From the NCBI GenBank assembly GCA_964016885.1, contig OZ024741.1, positions 52,390,001 to 52,454,000 on the forward strand: a stretch of DNA of 64,000 bases, in the 5' to 3' direction. Positions within the stretch are counted from its first letter, which is position 1. Each line of letters opens with the position of its first letter. This document shows positions 59,943 to 64,000 of this stretch, piece after piece. Both the position numbers and the translations under genes were made by a program. The DNA comes from Eledone cirrhosa. Taxonomy: Eukaryota. Under the pieces are notes generated by a model. That model did no database searches and had not been told where the DNA came from. It saw only the letters and a program-made list of their open reading frames with translations.

Positions 59943-61018
59943 ATCGTGAACGAGAGAGAATAAATACCATCAAACCTGGTTGAAATGTGAGCAAGGAAAG
60001 AATTTCGCACAGGTCTAACGGGAGGAAGAAGGGGTCTAGTCTGTGAATTCGGTAAACATAAGTTCTGTGAAATCGTAGACGAGAGAGAGAAAAAATGCCG
60101 ACCGGCCTGGCCAAGCGTACGAAAGAAAAGAATTACGCACAGGTCAAACGGGAAGAAGGAGGAGGAAGAGAGGTAGTAACAGAGAGTGAGTGAGTGAAGG
60201 GTGAGGAAGAGGCTAACAGAGAGAGTGACTGTTAGAGAGGCTAAAGATACAGAGAAAGAGGAAGCAGTAAGAACGAAATAGACGGGTCATAGCGGGAGAA
60301 AAAAATATGTGTAAATATGAGAATAAACGTGCTGCGGATTTGCAAATGGGTTACATATGAATAAAGTGGTCCTTCATCAGTGATCTTCCAACCATCATCG
60401 GAATTTCTTCGCTTTAAAGACCATATACCTCCGGTTGGTGCGAGCAACGGCTAAAGAAAGTCGATGGGACATGTAATCTCTCTGTTAGCCTCTTCCTCAC
60501 CCTTCACTCACTCACTCTCTGTTACTACCTCTCCTGATCCTCCTTCTTCCCGTTTGACCTGTGCGTAATTCTTTACTTTCGCACGTTTGGCCAGGCCGGT
60601 CGGCATTTTTTCTCTCTCTCGTCTACGATTTCACAGAACTTATGTTTACCGAATTCACAGACTAGACCCCTTCTTCCTCCCGTTAGACCTGTGCGAAATT
60701 CCTTCCTTGCTCACATTTCAACCAGGTTTGATGGTCTTTATTCTCTCTCGTTCACGATTTCACCGAACTTATATTCATGGAAATTTTTGGACTTGACTCG
60801 CTCTTCGTCACTTTTCGTTGCTTCACCATCTTTGTTTGTTTACACTCTCGCTGTTCCCTTTATTTACATGTCCCAACGACTTTTTTTAGCCGTTGCTCGC
60901 ACCAACCGGAGGTATATGGTCTTTAAAGCGAAGAAATACCGATGATGGTTGGAAGATCACTGATGAAGGACCACTTTATTCATACGTAACCCATTTGCAA
61001 CTCCGCAGCACGTTTATT
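59943..61018. mobile_element. Double inverted, circularly permuted non-coding element in (TA)n
   Basis: 59943-60225 is the reverse complement of 60478-60758; 60323-60475 is the reverse complement of 60865-61020. Confidence 0.85.
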
Positions 61019-61042
61019 ATTATATATATATATATATATATA

Positions 61043-61092
<50 letters not shown>

Positions 61093-61143
61093 ATAATGAA
61101 ATGACAGGAGGCTGGATTTGTGTAAATCCTTGAAAGGTTTATT

Positions 61144-61201
61144 ATACTATGATCATTTCAATGACCGGGTTCCGTATGAATCCGGTGATATCATCAGGTA
61201 T
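61144..61201 (-). ncRNA. Hammerhead motif (left arm)
   Basis: Reverse complement of 62741-62798. Confidence 0.8.
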
Positions 61202-62740
61202 TCGAAATATAATACGTGTTTGTTTATCTATATCTTCACATCTTTGCTTGCTGTATTAATGCCTTTCCACGTACTCTACCTCTATACATCCATGTACTTT
61301 TTACTCCCCTTATTCGGACTTTTACTCGCGTGCACCCTTAGCACACGACACAGGATTGCCCCCCCCCCCCCGGGAACATAAATACTGCAACCTGAACTAT
61401 ATTGTAATTCTCCTATGTCTTGATTTCTCCATCTTACTCCAACACCACTCTTGTTGGTTTATTTACATGTTTATACCTATATATTTATACCTCTGCTGTA
61501 CCAATGTGCTCTTCCACGTATTCCACTTCCATGTATCCATGTATTTCTACTCCTCACATTGGGACCTGTACCCATTAGCACACGGCACTAGAATGTCTCC
61601 TCCTGAGAACAAAAATTAAACATTACACGACTATACCCCGTACTCTATATCCCACTAGGATAAATTACAGATCTACATAATACAATTAACGTTTCTTCAT
61701 AAAAGACTCTATTTAATTAAACCCCGCAACCCAAAACCTCATAGATGTTATTTGAATGTTTAATCTTCAATTTTCTGTTTGCTCAATTCTCAATCTTCTT
61801 ACTCCTTAGTTTTATAATGTTATTCTGAATTCTTTCAACTTCATCCGATAGAGTTAAGCAAAATTCTAAAGTTCCAACTTTCTGTCGGACCGTTGGGTGG
61901 GTTTTGGCGGCGGCGCGACCGGCTCCCTGGCGAACGAGCTCACCTGGAGTGCTTGGAAAAATAAATTTCCCCTTCTTTCGGTAAATGAAAATACTCGGCG
62001 TGGCTTAATTCGCCATGGGGCCCGGGGCGCGGCCGGTGTTTTAACCGCCACATAGTACCCTTAAATTACAGAACAAATCGGAACTATTATATAATAAAAT
62101 GTTAAACTGTTGAACTTTAAATTTTCAAACCTCTTTAATATTGAATATTGATTATTAAAATTTTTTTAATTTCATCCTAGAAGTCTAAACACTGTAACAC
62201 ACTGACTCCCAATATATTCATTCTCTGCTAAGATGCGGGTCTCTGTGAACATTTTCTCGCGCCACTCCTGGCTTGACCGTGGTCTGACATTAATATCGAC
62301 CTTTCTTCCTCTTTCTTTCTATCTTCCTTCTTGTAGCCATCAACCCTTACTTTTCTACTTCTCTCTTCTCTTCCTTCTCTTCTCCCCTCTTCCTGTCTTC
62401 CTCCCGCAGACTTATCTTCCTTGCCTATATCTGACCGGTAGTAGTTGCCTTTCTTCTTTTAGCTGACATTAACCCTGGCTTCTCTTCTTCTTTCTTCCCC
62501 CTTCTTCTCTCTCCTTCCTTTCTTTCTTTCTTTTACCTTGTGTCATGAGATCGACGTTAACTTATGCTCCCATCCCTTTCTGTTTTCGTTTATCTGACCG
62601 GTAGTAGCATGCTATAAACTTTAGCCACGTCACTCCAGGGCGACCGGCTGAGGTTGAAGGAACAGAATAGCGGTCGCCCTCGGGTCCCCGATTTTCAGCC
62701 CCATGGATTTTATCTATTACATTCACGTATTATATTTCGA

Positions 62741-62798
62741 ATACCTGATGATATCACCGGATTCATACGGAACCCGGTCATTGAAATGATCATAGTAT
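62741..62798 (+). ncRNA. Minimal type-I hammerhead ribozyme
   Basis: atac-CTGATGA-tatc accgg..ccggt catt-GAAA tgatca TA-gtat, followed by aataaa. Confidence 0.8.
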
Positions 62799-62997
62799 AA
62801 TAAACCTTTCAAGGATTTACATAAATCCAGCCTCCTGTCATTTCATTATAATATTTAACTCCGTAATAGCACCACCAACTACAAAAACAAAGACGGTTGA
62901 ACTGCTTTACGTTGAGTACTCTCTATATTATTGCATTACGATTAACCATACGGAATAGACCAGCTCTATACAGTGGTGAACCTCAAACCTGAATATA

Positions 62998-63072
<75 letters not shown>

Positions 63073-63077
<5 letters not shown>

Positions 63078-64000
63078 AGAGTATTGAAGTTTGCTTGAAG
63101 CATTGTGGAATAAGTAAATATCCTTAAGTCGTTTGGAAGCCTCGACAATGCAAATGGGTAAATCTCCGGGTAACAAGATTCGGTGGTGGAGAGAAAGATG
63201 TAAGTGGGTGTACGTTGAGATGCGTGGTGTGTATAAGATGTGTAAGATGTGTAGAAGAATGAAGGGAAGATTATAAAATGAGATGGCTGGTTTAAGTTAA
63301 ACGATGCAGCAACACAACACACGCACACACACACACACACAAACGAGACAACTACATTCACACACACGCACACACACACAGTAGCATTCCACCATACGAA
63401 CACACTACACTGCCAATACAGAGGAACAAGGCAACAACCCACGCACACACACACACACTCAAGCGAGACAACAACACACACACACAGTAACATTTAACAA
63501 GCAGGCAGAGACTGGACTGGCAGCTAGCGCCACCCCACTCCCTCATTCGGCCGCTGACTTCTGCCCGACCGACCCCATTTCACGCGCACGCGCGCTCTGC
63601 CGAATACCTCAGATATTCAAAACAACAGCGGAGGACGCGTTTCGCACCTGTCCGACAGAGAACCCCCCCGGAACCCCCCCCCCCAGTTGATGGATGTGAA
63701 TCCGAAATATATAGGGACTATTAAATCTCTCCCAAGGTAACTCTCTCTTGTGTTGTTATTTTTATTTGATCCTTTATACTCTTCCCTTCATTCTTCTACA
63801 CATCTTACACATTTTATACACACCACGCATCTCAACGTACACCCACTTACATCTTTCTCTCTACCACCGGATCTTGTTACCCGGAGATTTACACATTTGC
63901 ATTGTCGAGGCTTCCAAACGACTTAAAGATATTTACTTATTATTCCACAATGCTTCAAGCAAACTTCAATACTCTCTTATCCTTACAGCTGAGCCAGGAA
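63073..64000. mobile_element. Fold-back element (arms 63073-63270 / 63780-63980), continues past the window edge
   Basis: ~200-bp inverted repeat directly after (TA)n. Confidence 0.8.

Larger units (their letters stand above)
61088..62992 (+). mobile_element. 1.9-kb PLE-type element with inverted pLTRs (61088-61218 / 62724-62854), non-coding interior and tail
   Basis: ~130-bp near-perfect inverted repeats carrying hammerheads; (TA)n on both sides. Confidence 0.85.

Overview
AT-rich, microsatellite-saturated eukaryotic DNA. The repeat landscape (tRNA-headed SINEs, RTE LINEs, Penelope-like elements, (TA)n/(CA)n/(TACA)n tracts) most resembles an octopod cephalopod; that assignment is inference. 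No host protein-coding gene is supportable, and almost all ORF-track entries are translated simple repeats. Real coding content is transposon-derived: a stop-free Penelope-like (PLE) RT frame at 1-1611 (minus; absent from the ORF track; catalytic YRDD changed to YRDY), a second rearranged copy with an intact GIY-YIG endonuclease (43471-46995), three other PLE endonuclease remnants, RTE LINE fragments and a mariner remnant. A 30-bp satellite (~232 units) runs from 35203 into a 200-N gap. The most striking signal is about 25 minimal type-I hammerhead ribozyme motifs from roughly ten unrelated sequence families. They sit in short fold-back or partial-tandem units, nearly all embedded in (TA)n, including two non-coding retrozyme-like tandem units of ~420 and 457 nt. 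Many families share a YGAGYRC motif downstream of the cleavage site. All folding and alignment was done by eye.
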